From NCBI RefSeq assembly GCF_009914755.1, contig NC_060942.1: DNA of 64,000 nt, one strand, 5' to 3'. Numbering within the stretch: position 1 is the stretch's first letter; every line of letters begins with the position of its first letter. Below are positions 14,827-29,724 of the stretch, piece by piece. The translations under genes and the position numbers were made by a program. Below the pieces are notes generated by a model that did not search any database, was not told where the DNA came from, and saw nothing but the letters and a program-made list of their open reading frames with translations. The stretch comes from the human T2T-CHM13v2.0 reference genome, Homo sapiens.

Positions 14827-15633
14827 TTCTAATTAACTGAATGGCCTAGAAGTTTGGATGAATGAATGACACATCCTAGGGTGTCCATAGTGAAGCTCCT
14901 CCTATCTTCTTGAATAAAAATGATCCTGTGTTTGTGGAGAAGGTCATTCTTTGCATACCAGCATGTAGCAGAATCAGTGCAAAGGAGTGATCCCACCTCA
15001 TATCCTTTAGCCAGCCAGATAGAGACAGCCTGTATTCCCTCTTCTATTTTTTCCACCTGAGTTAGACATCTAATTCATATGGTCTTGGAAATGAGGTTTT
15101 TTACTGTCCTTGCCTTCTCTAGGTAGTGGTAGGTATGTATAAGTCCTAACCTGTTGAAACCATGCTGAATTAAAACAAATGCTGTAAGTCTGTTCTAATT
15201 TAAGTTAATAACTCTGAAACAAAATCCAGTGAAAACCAGAGTTCAGGGTGTTAGTCTACAATTTTTTTCTCATTGTGATATTTTCCTAAAAGGATAGAAA
15301 ATTCTTCTGATTGTCCCCTAAGTGCTTCCTCTTGATTTCTAGCAATTAGTTGCTTTATCAGATTGCAAGATATTCACCCTGGGCAAGGCCTGAGTTTCAC
15401 TTGGGCCTTAGCATCTAAGGAGTGTAGCCTAAGAGACAATGGACCCCAGTATGTTCTCTCAACACTCTTCAGTACAGGAGGCACCATGGACCCCCTCAGA
15501 CCCTTTCATGCTCAGCTTCCCTAGAGAGGGTTAAAGCGCACAATAAAACAACAATAAGAAGAAGAAGCTTCAAAATTCCTCAATCTCAATTTTAAATGTT
15601 AAGTTGAAAATAAAAGAAAAAAATTCCTCGGTT

Positions 15634-15963
<330 letters not shown>

Positions 15964-16524
15964 TCAGTCATTCTAATTCTGATGGTAACCTCGACGTTCT
16001 CCTGAGAAATATACCACCCAGCTTGGGAAGCTACGACTGTTGATGTAGGGTTTTTCTTTTGTTCTGTTTGTTTGCCCATGGCCAGGGTTATGTATGAAAA
16101 CTATGATGATATTTGTCTGAGTAGCCCACTGATTGAATAGACTTGGTCACGGGGTGAGTGCAGTTGAAAAATACAGTGCTTCTAAAATGGTATGTATTTC
16201 TCTGATGAGGTTATAATGAAACAAAACAAAACTTTGGTGGTCCCTTTCCTATTTCTTAATCAAGTACAATAGAAAACACTGTTCTGATATGCATAAAACA
16301 AATGCTAACAATGTCTACAAGGACTCCTTTATTATAGACCTTGAAAATTATTTTAACAGTAAATGTTAGACTACCAAATAACCAGGCAGTAGAAACTTTA
16401 TCTGCTGGGATGAAGTGTAGGTGCCTGCTGCAAATGCGGTTTGAAGCATATGTTTTTCTTGCCTAATCAGTTGTTTTAATAATACCCTCTCTCCTTGTCT
16501 TAGCAAAGGATAAACCACTTAAAA

Positions 16525-16795
16525 CCCTCCCCCATGAAGTTTTCTGAGACAACCCTAATACATTATCATCTCACTGTTTTCATGGCACTTAGAACATAGA
16601 TTTGTGAATGCTTTAAAAATTCTTTAGTAATATACTCTTACCATTTGTTTTCTACATCTTGATATCTTACAATTTTCTCTAACTAAAATGTAAGTTCCTT
16701 GAATTCAAGGTCATTGACCTAAACTAGTTTTAATTATACTTCTTCCTACCCAGTCACATAGTAAGAGTTTAAAAAGTGCTTGCTAAACAAATCTA
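16525..16795 (+). mobile_element. L2 3' end fragment
   Basis: actaaaatgtaagttccttgaattcaagg...cacatagtaagagtttaaaaagtgcttg. Confidence 0.5.
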
Positions 16796-17599
16796 AGCTT
16801 CTAATGGATGTCTCCGAGGGGGTTTTAATAAATGTCCTTGGTGGGCTTAACTTCTGGGATTCATTCCAATGTATTTTATTTGGTTTAATGTTTTTGGAGT
16901 GAAGAATTATAGCTTTGTTGGTTTTATAAAATGGCACATACTCTTTAAATAAATCAAAGCATAAATATAAAAATAAAGTTTGAATAATAACCCCACATCT
17001 TTTCATACAAAATAATTATCTCCAGTGCATTATAAACATTATTTGACATTTCTTACTGTGTATCTATAGCCAGAGATATTAGAAAACCTGTATTATACCA
17101 TTTTAATTAAAAGTACAAAATTTAATTAATTTTAGATTAAATAAAAAAGTAAAACTAAAAAACAAAATTGTTAAATATTGCCACAAGATATATTTATATC
17201 TAAAAGTTTTCTCCAGAGTTATTACAAATATAAGAAACTGAAATAAGAGTGATTACCTTTTTAACTACTCATTTCAACTTTGGACAATGTATTATAAAAA
17301 GATAGGGACATAATTACACTACAGACCTTCCTACCTGCATGTTTTCGTTACAATACTTTTTGAATATCGAAGTTGATAACATTCATGTTCTGTTTGTTTA
17401 ACCATAATTCCTATAGTTCATTAACCCTGGTACTATATTTTAATGGACTCAGTGCTCCATGTAGACTTTTTACACAATTTCTTCATTTGTGAAGACTACG
17501 TGGATTCATGTTGTGTATTGATTAGATTTTGCCTTCTGATAGATATTTTTCCCATTAGACTTTATTCTTTGAAAGCCGATTTTTCTTCTCTGAGCGCCA

Positions 17600-17788
17600 T
17601 TTAATTTAATTTCATTTTAGAGACATAGTCTCACTCTTTTGTGTAAGCTGAAGTGCAGTGATACCATCATAGCTCACTGCAGCCTCAAACTCGTGAGCTC
17701 AGGAAACCCTTCTGCCTCATCTTCCCAAGTAACTGGGACTACAGGCATGCGCCATTATGCCAATGTTAATTTTATTATTTATGTATTT

Positions 17789-17820
<32 letters not shown>

Positions 17821-17938
17821 TTTTGGATACAGGATCTTGCTGTTTTCCAGGCTAGTCTGGATCTCCTGGCCTCAAACAATCCTCCCACCTCAGACTTTTG
17901 AGTAGCTGGGATTACAGGAATGAGCCACTACACCTAGC
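17600..17938 (-). mobile_element. AluJ, antisense, with its central linker expanded into a (TATT)n microsatellite (~17771-17823)
   Basis: catcatagctcactgcagcctcaaactc (J-type)...(tatt)8...gggattacaggaatgagccac. Confidence 0.9.
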
Positions 17939-20149
17939 AGAGCTGTATTTCAGAATCATTCCTCTCTAATTCCTTGAGATCATGAAGAACTCTTTGGTTT
18001 TGAACTCAGTGTTTGAGCAGTGCTTCTTGTCTGCCTGGTCTGCCTTTTGTGTTTGCTTCTCTATGTGAGTGTGTCTGCATCTCTGTGTGTGCACACTTCA
18101 TGCATAATCCTTGTGTGGGTTCCCTTCTGGGAAATGTGAGTCCTGAAGCCAGCAGACTACCCAGTGATCAATAAGTGTTCTGGAGCCTGCAACTTTCACA
18201 AATTGTGGTCTTCAAATTCCCTGTGGCCAAGATAATAGAGAATTTCCCTGACCTTAATGGAACACATTCCCCATGATTTTTATCATGAGATCAGTCAGGT
18301 GTCTTCTTGTATAGCATAGGCTGTGGCAACGTAGCAATTGTTGGTTCTTTTCCCCTTTGCCCTACCTCAGACCCTCTAGGCTAAGTGGGAATTAAACGCT
18401 AAAATGACTACATCTTTTTTCCTTCTCTGGGTACTATAGGGAGATATGAGGTACCAACTTTAATGAGATAAGACAATCATATATAATTGGATTGTTCTTA
18501 AGCCAATTAAGAGTACACGTGTAAGGATAATTAAAATGGAATTAAACATCCTCTGTGGCAACAAATTTAGTTCATCTTCTCTGTCTTTGTTCCAAAATCA
18601 TAAAACACATTTTTGCTTAGGTGGACATCTTTGAAATAGATCTTCTTTTGACTTTGTCATAAAAGACTGTGTGCCTCTCTGAAGTGTCTTTATTCTATGA
18701 TATTCTTAAACATTTTGAACCATGCTAAATAATAGCAGTGTAAGTTCCTATTTCTCACATTGCTCATAACATGTTTCGGAAGTAGAAAATAAAACGTTTT
18801 ACATTTTTCTCAGTTTTCTAACATTTCCTCCAATCAGAGTTACTCTCAATAAATGACCTCAACTCTGTTACATGAGAATATTTATGCCATATAATAAGAA
18901 TTTAGCAAATTTTTTTCTCTCTATATATATATTTTAACATTTTTGCCTCTAGGTTTGGCCTTTGCCTCTACTTCTGAGAAAAGAAGCTTCTTCCTAATTC
19001 TGGTCTAAGATTTTTATTGTGAAATATTTCAAACATATGGAAAAATACAGATGCTAGTAGAACAGACACCTACATACCCAACATCTCAACTCAACAAATA
19101 TTAGATTTTTTTAATGGAAACAACTTGTAAAATTTTATGTATTTATAAGTAAGATTGGCTAATACAGTCTCTCTCATATTGTCTTGCTGCTCTTTCTTTT
19201 GTAATAAAGATTGTATTATTTTTATAAAGTCAATTGAAGAAGTTTTTTCTTTTTTTCTGAAATATGTGTATAATGAAATAGGGAGTTCCAGAGATAGGTC
19301 AAGAAAGTAAGTCTCCCACCTCACATGAAGTTTATCTTTAGAGCCATTTACAATTTGTGCTTTGTGTGTATGTGGGAAAGAGGGCGTTGCGTACTGATTC
19401 ATTTTTTAAAAAGTTTTTACACATTTATCATTCTCTTTTCAGGTTAAATTTGGAAATGTATAAAGCTTAAAATATTTGTATTCAATGACATTGCAAAGAG
19501 TCATAATATTATGCTTTTTAAAATCTACTTTTAATTACATCTGCCTTTAGATATGTACTCTGTCAAGTATTGTGTCCTTACCTTTCATTCCTCTTCACAT
19601 TTGTTTATACCATCTCAGGCCAGAGATGTCCTTTAATAGCTTAATAAAAAATACTTTTTTATTGTTGATGGTTTTCATTATTCTTTTCTGTTTAACGAAT
19701 GTCTGCTTTTTTCTTCTCATCTTTCCTTCTTTCTTATTATTCTTTAGTTCATTTATTAATTTCATTATTTTTACACGTAAGCCTTTAATTTTCAATTTTT
19801 TTCTACCCTCTAATATATGCAGTTTACCTTTAAAACCAATTGAGTGGCATTTCAAAAATTTCGGTATCATTAAAAATTCAAATACTTTATAATTTCCGTT
19901 ACAATTTTTTTTTCTGTAACGTGTAAAGCACATGCAAGTGTGCTTTTGAACATCTAAACATATAATGGATATGTAGGGTATTAGATAATTGATACCTTTC
20001 TAATATGGTACTGTATTTAATTTGGGACAGAAAGATGAGGCTGTATATTATTCTTCAGTATCTGTTGAGACTCACTGGACAGTTGTGTTGTGTTTTGTTT
20101 TCTTGCTGCTTTTGAATCCTGGGGGAAAAACATGCTTTCTCTAATGGTT

Positions 20150-22250
20150 CAGTACAATGCCCTGTGTTAAAGTCTTTGGTTCAAGATTGATTATTGAGTT
20201 GTAAAAGTTCTCTGTAGCCTTAAGACAATTATTTCGATCCAGTCTATCAGGTTTTGGTAATGTATGTTAAGACTTTCTGGTAACATTATGTGATGTCAAT
20301 TTCTTTTTTATTACCTGAATTTGACATTTTGAGGCTGTGCTATTTAAATGAATGTAGGTTCAAGGTCACTATATATTCCCAGTAAATTATTCCTTATACA
20401 CTTAAGGAATGATCTTTCTCATCCCTAATAATATATTTTTTTACCTTTGTTTATCTGGTCTGATGTTAATATTGCAGTATGACTTTTTTGTTGTTTTGAA
20501 TTTCTGATTAGTAGTTTTTAGTTTATTGTTCATTTTCTAAATTTTTATTCTTTCCATATAATTTTTATTTTATGTGTATTTCTTCTAAGCAGCAAGTAAA
20601 TGGATGTTGTTACTTTTAAAATCTAATGTGAAAATCCAGTTACCTTTATTGTGATTGTTTTGTGCTTAATTTTAATTTTTTTCCTCCTTTTGTGCCTTCC
20701 TTTTGATTGAGTTTTTCCATCTATCCATTTATTTGGAAATTATAATTCTTTTTTTTTTCTTCCAATAGCTACTTCCAGAGTTTTAATGAAATAAAGAACT
20801 AGTTCATATCTCTCTTGTTCCCAGAGCATACCAGAGTTTTATAGTGCTCTCATTTCAATTACATCTTACCATGTTGCATACAGTTATTGTGAATTATTTT
20901 ATTTCCACTTTGTTTGATTCCTCCGTAGGTCATTAGTATTATTTTTTACAATGAATGTTTGTTTGGATTTACTCATGTCTATTATTAGTCACTTTGCTTA
21001 TCATTGCCTCTGCAACCATTGCATTTCTTCTTTGATATAATTGCTTTATTTGTTAAGAACATACACTAGTGGTTATTTCAGCAAGATTCTCTAAAGGATA
21101 GAGTTTCGATTTAGGATACCAAAAACATTCTTATAATTGCTATAATTGTCATTTTTTAGAGACATAGTTACAAATGAAATTCTAAATTGACAGTTTCTCT
21201 TGCCCTTTTGAAGAGATGTCACTGTCTTTATTGATTTATTGATAATATTTCTATCCATCACACTGTAATTTCTTGGAGATAATCAATTTTTTGTTAAAAA
21301 TGGTTTTAAGATACTCCTTTTATTATTGATGTTTGGAGATTTCAACACACTAGATGGAGGAATGGGTATCTTTCTTGAGATTTGGTATGTAGCTTTATTT
21401 AAGAACTTTAATCATTATTTCAGTTCTGAAAAATATTTCAGTCATTAGCTATTCAAATATTGCCTCTCTGCAATCTGTGTTTTTTTTTAAATTCAGAAAC
21501 TTCTATAAATATGCATTTTGACTTATTACATTCTTTGTATTTGTTCCCTATCACATTTTGACTCATCATTTTTATACTGCCCTCTATATATTTTCCTTAA
21601 GTTTGTATCTTAATTACTCAATAATTTTTCCCCTGTTATGTCCACTGAAAAAATTTTAAATTTCTTAACTTAATTTGTATTTCTAGAAGTATTATCTGGT
21701 TCTCCTTAAAATTTGACTGTTCTTTTATCATGGTATCCTGTATTTTCATAATTAAAAAAAGTCACTCTTTTGTCTTTAGTTATTTAAAACAAGGATTGGC
21801 AAACTGTTTCTGTCAAGGGCCAGCGAGTAAATACTATAGGCTTTACAGGCCAGGTGATTTCTGTGACAACTCTTCAGCTCCACATCGTAGTGCAAAAGCA
21901 GACATACACGACATATAAACAATTGGACATGATGGTGTTCTAGTAAAACTTTATTTGCTAAAGCAGGCATTGGACCAGATATAAATCATGAGCCATAATT
22001 TTCTGACCTCTGATTTAAAACATACTCTTTATATAAAATCACATTCAAGTCATTATCGTAGCTCAAGTAACAGAATGGTAATTCTTCTGTCTGTGTTTGA
22101 TGCATCAGTTGACTGTCCCTTATGGTATGTTATTTTCTTGGGTCTCATGATTTTGAGATGTGAACTCTACATACAGCCTTCTGTTGGAGGTCAGTGTGCC
22201 TTGAGTTGTGGAATCATCCTGCAGAGCATATTTGCATTTCAGACCTAGTG
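20150..22250 (-). mobile_element. Ancient L1M-type LINE remnant (ORF2 5' part into ORF1), interrupted by MER58A
   Basis: T-rich antisense L1 motifs, e.g. acattttgaggctgtgctattt, tctgatgttaatattgc, attctaaattgacagtt, ttcaaatattgcctct; boundaries approximate. Confidence 0.6.
21790..22012 (+). mobile_element. MER58A (hAT-Charlie non-autonomous DNA transposon), full length
   Basis: caaggattggcaaact...aagggccag...aaaactttattt...ctgacctctg; perfect 8-bp TSD atttaaaa at 21782-21789 and 22013-22020. Confidence 0.92.
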
Positions 22251-22255
22251 GCTAA

Positions 22256-22563
22256 TTTATTTGTATTTTTTATTTTTTGAGACAGAGTTTCACTCTGTCG
22301 CTGAGGCTGAGTGCAGTGGCGCAGTCATGGCTCGCTGCACCCCTACCTCCCGCGCTTAAGTGATCGTCCCACCTCAGACTCTGGGGTAGCTGGGAACACA
22401 GGTGCATGCCACCACACCTGCCTAATTAAAAAAAATTTTTGTGTGTGCAGATGTGGTCTCACCATGTTGCCCAAACGGGCCTTAAACTCCTGAGGTCAAG
22501 CAGTCCTTCTGCCTCAGCCTCCAAAAGTGATGGGATTACAAGCATGAGCCACTGTGCCGAACC
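22256..22563 (-). mobile_element. AluJ, antisense
   Basis: T-rich tail then gagacagagtttcactctgtcg...catggctcgctgca...gggattacaagcatgagccac. Confidence 0.92.
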
Positions 22564-23088
22564 TAAGGTTTTTTTAAAACAGTGCTTTTTAAATTATCAC
22601 CCTCAGAAATGCCCTGAATAGGAACCTTCTGAAATAATCCAGTGCTTAGTGCACTGCCTGACACATGAGGAACACACAGCTATTTTTGCTATCAGTATCT
22701 CTATTAAAATTAACAGTACTGTTGTTTCTGTTATCATTAGCCTTAGGTCTTATAGAACTTACATAAATTGCAGTTGTTACTATTCAGGCATTCAGAGTTT
22801 TTGAAAATGCTGATTAATTGGAAGCTCACAATTAAAATTTTTTTATTGGAACCTGGTGCTACTTTGAGCTAAAAGTAGAGAAGATATTGAGTGAAGTATA
22901 CATTATGACAGCTAAAGATAACTGAAGACAGACAGACACATAATGGAAGAAGCTTTGGGAATTTCTTTTCTGAAATACCATTTGTAAAAGGGGTAGAAGT
23001 AAACATAAAATTGAATATACATGTTCACTAGATATATGTGGCTGTGTTTGTGTGTACGTACGTACACATTTCCCTCTACCTGTAGTAA

Positions 23089-23355
<267 letters not shown>

Positions 23356-24329
23356 TGACTTATATATGGATATAGTAATTTCTGTAATTTATGCATTTCT
23401 ATTTATTGCTGTCATTAGCTTATTTAATCCTCTAAAACAGAACCATTTTTATTCTTAATAGTGAGCCAATTCAAATTTTAAAATACGGTACATTGTGGTA
23501 GAGTGAAAACTATAAACTTACATTGGAAAGGGAAAACAAAGAAATCAAGCATTCCATTATCAAATAAATCTTTAGAGTAGCTGCTCCTTTGCCCAGAGGG
23601 AATACTGAAATGCAGCAATAAAAAGCCAGGGTTTCTAAAAAATTATGTAAATGTTTTCATCCTCAACTATTTCCAAAAGGCATTTAAAATTTATGTTTGC
23701 AATTGCTCTCTGAGAGTCTATCAGTATGAATATGATTGCCTATAAATAATCACCTTTTACCATTTTTAAAATATAACTGGAAATGCTTTAAGTGTATTTT
23801 TATATTTTTGAAAAGCTTCTAAAATGAGGAAATACAAATATAGACCCATAATGGCAGCCATCAATCATCTTTTAAAGCTGTTTGCTTAGGAAAGAAAAGG
23901 AAAAAAATTTTATCACATAAACTTTTATTAAATTTCACAAAATTTATTAAGTGCTGTCTAGGAAACATTCCCTTATGATTCTTATTTCAGTGAATTCTGA
24001 AACTGTGCATCATTTTCAATTGATGGACTTAATGCATGTATATTTATGAATTTGTGTCTTGAGATGATAGGTACATCCATGAATTGAAGTGGACAAAATT
24101 CATTCAATATTTCCATATTACTTTGAATAAGTTTTCTTAGCTTTTTATTTGCTTCTGTTTTCTATTGACTTACCCATCTTCTTTCATACATATTTAAATA
24201 TGATAAGCAACAGTTTGCTACAATTTATATGTATCTCTTTGGTGGTGATTATTGTTCATATTTAGAAAGAGATTATTTTGATTTTGGGTACATTTTCATT
24301 TCAATAGGAGTTTTTTCTCTTTCAATAAC

Positions 24330-25000
24330 ATTTACTTAATATTTACCCTGAATATGATATATTCTGGGTGCTTTGGAGTAATAGCAAGACAGTGAATGCT
24401 TATTGAATGAGTGATTAAATGCACTGTAGTTGGATACATAAACTGTATTTGTAAATAACAAAAATATGAGTTAGAAACAGGTAAGCTTGAGGGGAAAAGT
24501 ACAAAGTATATTGTACTTTTATATGCAGAAGGGAAATATCAGAGTCAAATTTAAAATTCTTGAATTGGGCCTTGAGATATAGAGGTAGAATTTGAATAAA
24601 ATGAATGGAAAAGTGCCAAGTGAGAGTCCAGGGGTACAAAATCAAAAGCTAATCTGGTGGAAGTCTGGATTGTAGGAAGAATGGTGCAAATGATTTTGGA
24701 AGGACAGATTGGAAGTTGACTTTGGAAGATTTCTTGAATATGAAGCTGAGGAGTCTGAATGGTGTTCTCCCTGTGTCTGTAATACAAAGCCATTGAGGGA
24801 TTTTGAATGGAGCTGTGATGTAATAAGACCATTACTTTTTAAGGAAATTATTCTGACAGTACTGAAAGAGAATGATAGGCATGGGAAACATGAAAGTAGA
24901 AAGAATAGTTAGAAAGGAATTTTAGTTTTTCCCTAAAGGCACAATGAGGGTTTGATTTTCGAGGATTGAATTGAAATTAAAGAGGAGAAGAAAAATGCAG
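24330..25000 (-). mobile_element. L2 LINE fragments
   Basis: gctgaggagtctgaa...aagccattgagggattttgaatgg...ttttaaggaaattattctgacag. Confidence 0.6.
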
Positions 25001-25280
25001 CCGTCATCATCCTTATCCTCATTCTCCTTCACCACCTTGTTCTCCAGTAGTCACAATTTTACATTTTGTCAAATAACACTTGAAGCAGGTATAGGGAGGA
25101 GCCACTGATGATTCTTCCGTTATAAGCTTGTGTGACTTAGAATTTAGGTGTTAGAAACTTTTAGGGGAAAGATCTGATTTATTAGCTTATACAACAATTT
25201 CTTCCACTTCAACACAGGTGTAGTTTATCTTGTTTACAAATCTGTCTCCAGCTTCAGAAATAAGGTTTGGCATCTACAAC

Positions 25281-25691
25281 TGCATTAGTCCATTTGCATT
25301 GCTATAAAGAAATGCCTGAGGCTGGGTAATTTATGAAGAAAAGAGATTTATTTGGCTCATGGTTTTTCAGGCTATACACAAAGCATACTGTTGGCATTTG
25401 CTTCTGATGAGGGCCTCAGGAAGCTTATACTCTTGGTAGAAGGTGAAGTCATGTCACATGGCAGGGGAGGGAGCAAGAGAGAGAGGAAGGAAGTGCCAGA
25501 CTCTTGTAAACAACCAGATCTGTCTTGAACTCACAGAGGGAAAACTCACTCACTGCTATGAGAACAGCACCAAGACATTCATGAGAGATCTGCCCCCATG
25601 AGCCAAACACCTCCCACTAGGCCCACCGCCAGTATTGGAGGTCACATTTCAACATGAGGTTTGGAAGGGACAAAACCCCCAAAACATATCA
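25281..25691 (-). mobile_element. MST-family (MSTA/MSTB-like) MaLR solo LTR, inserted in an L2 tail
   Basis: tgcattagtccatttgcattgctataaagaaatgcctgaggctgggtaattt...cctcccactaggccc...catatca; 5-bp TSD acaac/acaat. Confidence 0.9.
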
Positions 25692-25894
25692 ACAATGTAC
25701 TCAATAAATACTTTTGTAATGAAGAAATAACGGATTGTCTTAGTTTTAGTCGAATATTGATGGCCAGAATCTAAGCCCAATATTTTCTTCAACCTCTAGC
25801 AGTTTGTGTTACTCAGTTTTTTGTAGTCACTGTGAGAAATATAATTGAATAAGGCACAGTGCTCATCCTTGAATAACACTTAGTCCATTGAGAA

Positions 25895-26850
25895 ACTTTT
25901 TTTATTCAGAAATATTTACTGAGCATGTGTTGTGTACTATACGCAAGAATGGATCTTGTGGAGGATACAAGAATGAATCTTGTGGAAGAATAACAGAAGG
26001 GAGAAAAACAACTTCATACGCAAGTGTAATACTCTGTGCTCACTACTAGAAAACAAGTTTAATAAATGGATAAGTGTTTTACCAAGTTTAGTATAAAACC
26101 AGTTAGAATCACATAAATGTCATAATAGAAGTATGAAGAAAGTCTTTTGAAGATGTAGAGGATGAAGAAGTTTAATCTGAATGTAGTATTGGAGACGATT
26201 TTTATAGTAGAGAGGATGCTTAAGTTGAACCTTAAAGGACTGGTAGGTGTTTCTTGAGTAGAGCCAAAGAAAAGTGAATTTTACAAAGGAAAGGCATGCC
26301 ATTTACAAAGACATATTGCTTATATGTTCCAGAAGACTTAATATCTCTGTATGACTGGAGCCACCTAAAGGAGAAAATGGTGGGCTATTCTGCTGAGGGG
26401 GAATATAGTCTACAACCTTGATGGCCTGATTGTAGGCTAAACTCTTTGAACTTTTTCTGAAACCAGTAGGTACCATCAAAAACTTGACGGATGGGAAATG
26501 ACATGCAAGAAATAGTTTAAACACATGTTTTCGTGCCTGGGCATAGAAGAAGGGAAGAGAATCCAAAGGATAAATAAAATGCAGTCCTTAATTTCTTTTT
26601 TGGGAGCAGGTATCTCTGTGAATGATGGATTGGACAGCAGAAAGATAAGACACAGAGAGGCTGGTTAGGAGACAGTTGCAGTAGTTGAGATATGAGATAA
26701 ATGTTTGACCTTGGTATTGGAGTTGGAAATGGAAGGAATGAATTCCAGACATATTTTCTACCCAGGATGAATAGGAATAAATGACAGCTATGAAATGGGA
26801 TTGTTAAAGGTCTAGAAGGCAACTAGAGATTTTTTCTAGAGTAACTTAAG
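25895..26850 (-). mobile_element. L2 LINE 3' portion
   Basis: attcagaaatatttactgagca...taagttgaaccttaaagga...ggttaggagacagttgcagtag. Confidence 0.65.
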
Positions 26851-27509
26851 AAAGAGAAGCTTTGTGGGCCTGTCAGCATTTTATAGCAAGAAATTTAGAG
26901 CTAGTATGCTCTCTTTCTGCTCAAGGTGGGCTCAACCCTCTTTTCTAGCAGAAAGGGACGGGTGACTTGGTGCAACAAACAAGCAAAACTGCTGCTGTTT
27001 TAGTCTAGCTTATTGCAAATGTCCAAATGAAGATGAACACCACTGTTTCATGGCCATAATGAGTGGAGATGGCATGGAAATGTGGATTTGATTACATAGA
27101 TTTATTTGAGCCAGTGGAAGGTCCTACAATTATGTGAAATACCTAAAATTTCAATTACGTCTTCACATATTTTACAAAATCTGAAACTCCTCTCTTCCTT
27201 GTTTTCCTCCTTTGACTACCCCAAGTTTCTGCTCTTTCTAGTATGAAGTAGTCCTAAAAGGGCCTCCTACTCTGGACCCAAATGAAACGGGTTCATTCCA
27301 GTATTACATCCTCAAAATATGGGAGCTGAGTTTCGCATTTATCTTGACAATGCCAGCTGTTAAGGCAATCTTTTTGGGTGTTTTGTTTTCCTATATTTGT
27401 ACTTCTCATTCTGTTTTTTAGAGTTCTGTTTATCTTAGATTATATTTTTAATTTACCCCTAGTTGTTTCATCACATTGCTGCATCTAGTTTTATACTTAA
27501 GTTTATTCT

Positions 27510-27990
27510 TCACACATACTGCAAGTAAAAGAAAGTCCAACTCAAAGATTTTTAAGTCATAAAAGGACATTTATTGGCTCAGTTAATTAGAAGACAGAAG
27601 TTTGGGTGGGCTTCTTGTTCTTGGTCCTAGGTCTCAGTTATTATTGAAGGACCATTTCATTATTTAAATAAATAATTCATAAAATCTTCTGCCTTGTTGA
27701 CATTTTCTAAACCCTAATCCCTTTGTGTAGGATGGCTACCCGAATCAAGATGTGAGCACTTGCCTCAGTGCATGGGGAGAATACTGGTATTTCATGCAAA
27801 AGACCTAAGATTCACACTAATAGTACCGTTTAGATCACATGAGCATTTCTTAAACAATGACTGTAGCCAAGGGAATGGAATATACAAATTGGCCTAAACC
27901 CAGTACGCCTGTCCTTGGAGCTCAGAGAGTGTGTTCATCATCTCCTGAAGTAAAATGGTGCACTTGTGGTAGAGGTCAGAGATACTGTAA
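27510..27990 (-). mobile_element. Old MLT1 (K/L-like) MaLR LTR
   Basis: tgcaagtaaaagaaagtccaactcaaa...atttattggctca...aacaatgactgtagccaagggaatgg. Confidence 0.6.
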
Positions 27991-28353
27991 AAATCTGTTT
28001 TTTAGAAGTTTTATCAGGGGATACACAGGTTGGAGTAGATGCTTCGTAGGCAATTAACAGCGCCTGTTGAAGACAAGTCGAAATTGAGTTTTATTTTTAA
28101 CATATTGGATTGAAATTCTTCCATTATTTGAAATGTCCAGACAATCATTATGTGTGCAGGTTTTAAGACAGTAGAAGATGGAGTTAATGATAACATATAC
28201 ATAGATTACTGTGTCTGCTATGGGATTTGATGAGATTGGGAGATAGCATAGTCATCACAGAGAAGTATATGTATTTGTGGAGAGTGTGGATAAAAAAGAG
28301 GATGGGAAAGAGACAGAAAATAGATAGAAAATAACAAATCCATGAGAGATCAT

Positions 28354-28435
28354 CAATGTGCCGATCATATATAGGCAATAGTGTCAAATGTACAATGTGC
28401 CAATCATATGTAGGCAATAGTGTCAAATGTACAAT
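28354..28435. repeat. 39-bp tandem duplication (2 copies, 2 mismatches)
   Basis: caatgtgccRatcatatRtaggcaatagtgtcaaatgta starting at 28354 and 28393. Confidence 0.95.
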
Positions 28436-28469
28436 AGGAAGTCACTGGAGACTAAGTAAGGTATCTTTC

Positions 28470-28570
28470 ATTTATCCCTTCACATCCACACTTCAGTCTT
28501 CTTTGTGCTGCTTTTCTCCAGAAGGCTAGCCTGTATGTGGACTACTGTATCAGGAGGGCCTGTGCCCTCC
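28470..28570 (+). mobile_element. LTR33-like ERVL LTR, 5' piece
   Basis: ccagaaggctagcctgtatgtggactac...gtgccctc; continues at ~30805. Confidence 0.55.
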
Positions 28571-28708
28571 ATCGTCTTTTGAAAAAAGTGTTGAAATAAT
28601 CATAAACTTTTAGAAAATGTGAAGGCATATTTGAGAATAAGTTTGCAGCCAGATGATCCAGTGTCACTTTCTCCCCCAATATATGATGACTTGAAAGGTG
28701 TATTTTCT

Positions 28709-29006
<298 letters not shown>

Positions 29007-29724
29007 AAAAGGTGTATTTTCTATAAACAAGGATGTGTTGTCTTACATAAGCACAGTGTAACCAGTGAAAATCAGGAAATTAACAGTGATGATTATCATG
29101 TAATTCTTAGATTCTATCCAAATTTAGCCAGTTGTCCCAGTAATGTCACGTTTAGCAACAGCATCCAGTACTAAATCTGTCACTGCATTGAGTTGTCATG
29201 TCTCTGTAGTCTCCTTCATTTGGATCAGTTCTTTAGTCTTTCCATGATGTTCATGACCTTGACACTTTTGAATGTTATAAACCAATTTGAGTTTTCATAA
29301 TATCTCCTACTCAGATTCAGATTATGTACCTTTGGGAGAAATACAGTAAATGGTGTTGCGTTCTTCTTGCATCCTGTTAGGTGGCACACAACTTTGATTT
29401 GACTCAGTACTGATGCTGTTAACTTGATCATTGTATTAAAGTGTATTTGTCAAGCTTTTCCAGTGTAAACTTGCTCCTTTCCCTTTTGTAATTAAATAGT
29501 ATTTTGTGAGGAAGTTCTTTTAAACTGTGTAAATATCCTGTTCCTCTTCAGATTTTCAATGTATTAATTCATGTACAAACACACACAGACACACGTGTGT
29601 GTGCATCTATATGTATGCCTTCATTATTTCCTTCTTTTCACTAGGCTATTATGCTTAAATTGTCCCACATTTGGTCCACAAGAGCCCACTAAAGCTGGCT
29701 GCTGTGCCCTCTGACATGTCTCCA

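Noticed and set aside
15477-15497. REST/NRSE-like core GCACCATGGAC (weaker one near 9860-9882)
   Set aside because: Both flanks deviate from TTCAGCACC...GGACAGCGCC; compatible with chance.
19572-19933. Overlapping F/L/I-rich and K-rich ORFs resembling membrane or basic proteins
   Set aside because: Artefact of T-rich, probably antisense L1-derived low-complexity DNA.
28354-28435. Short repeats (also 40259, 42401, 52843) as a CRISPR-like array
   Set aside because: Head-to-tail duplications without spacers, in a primate intron with no cas genes.
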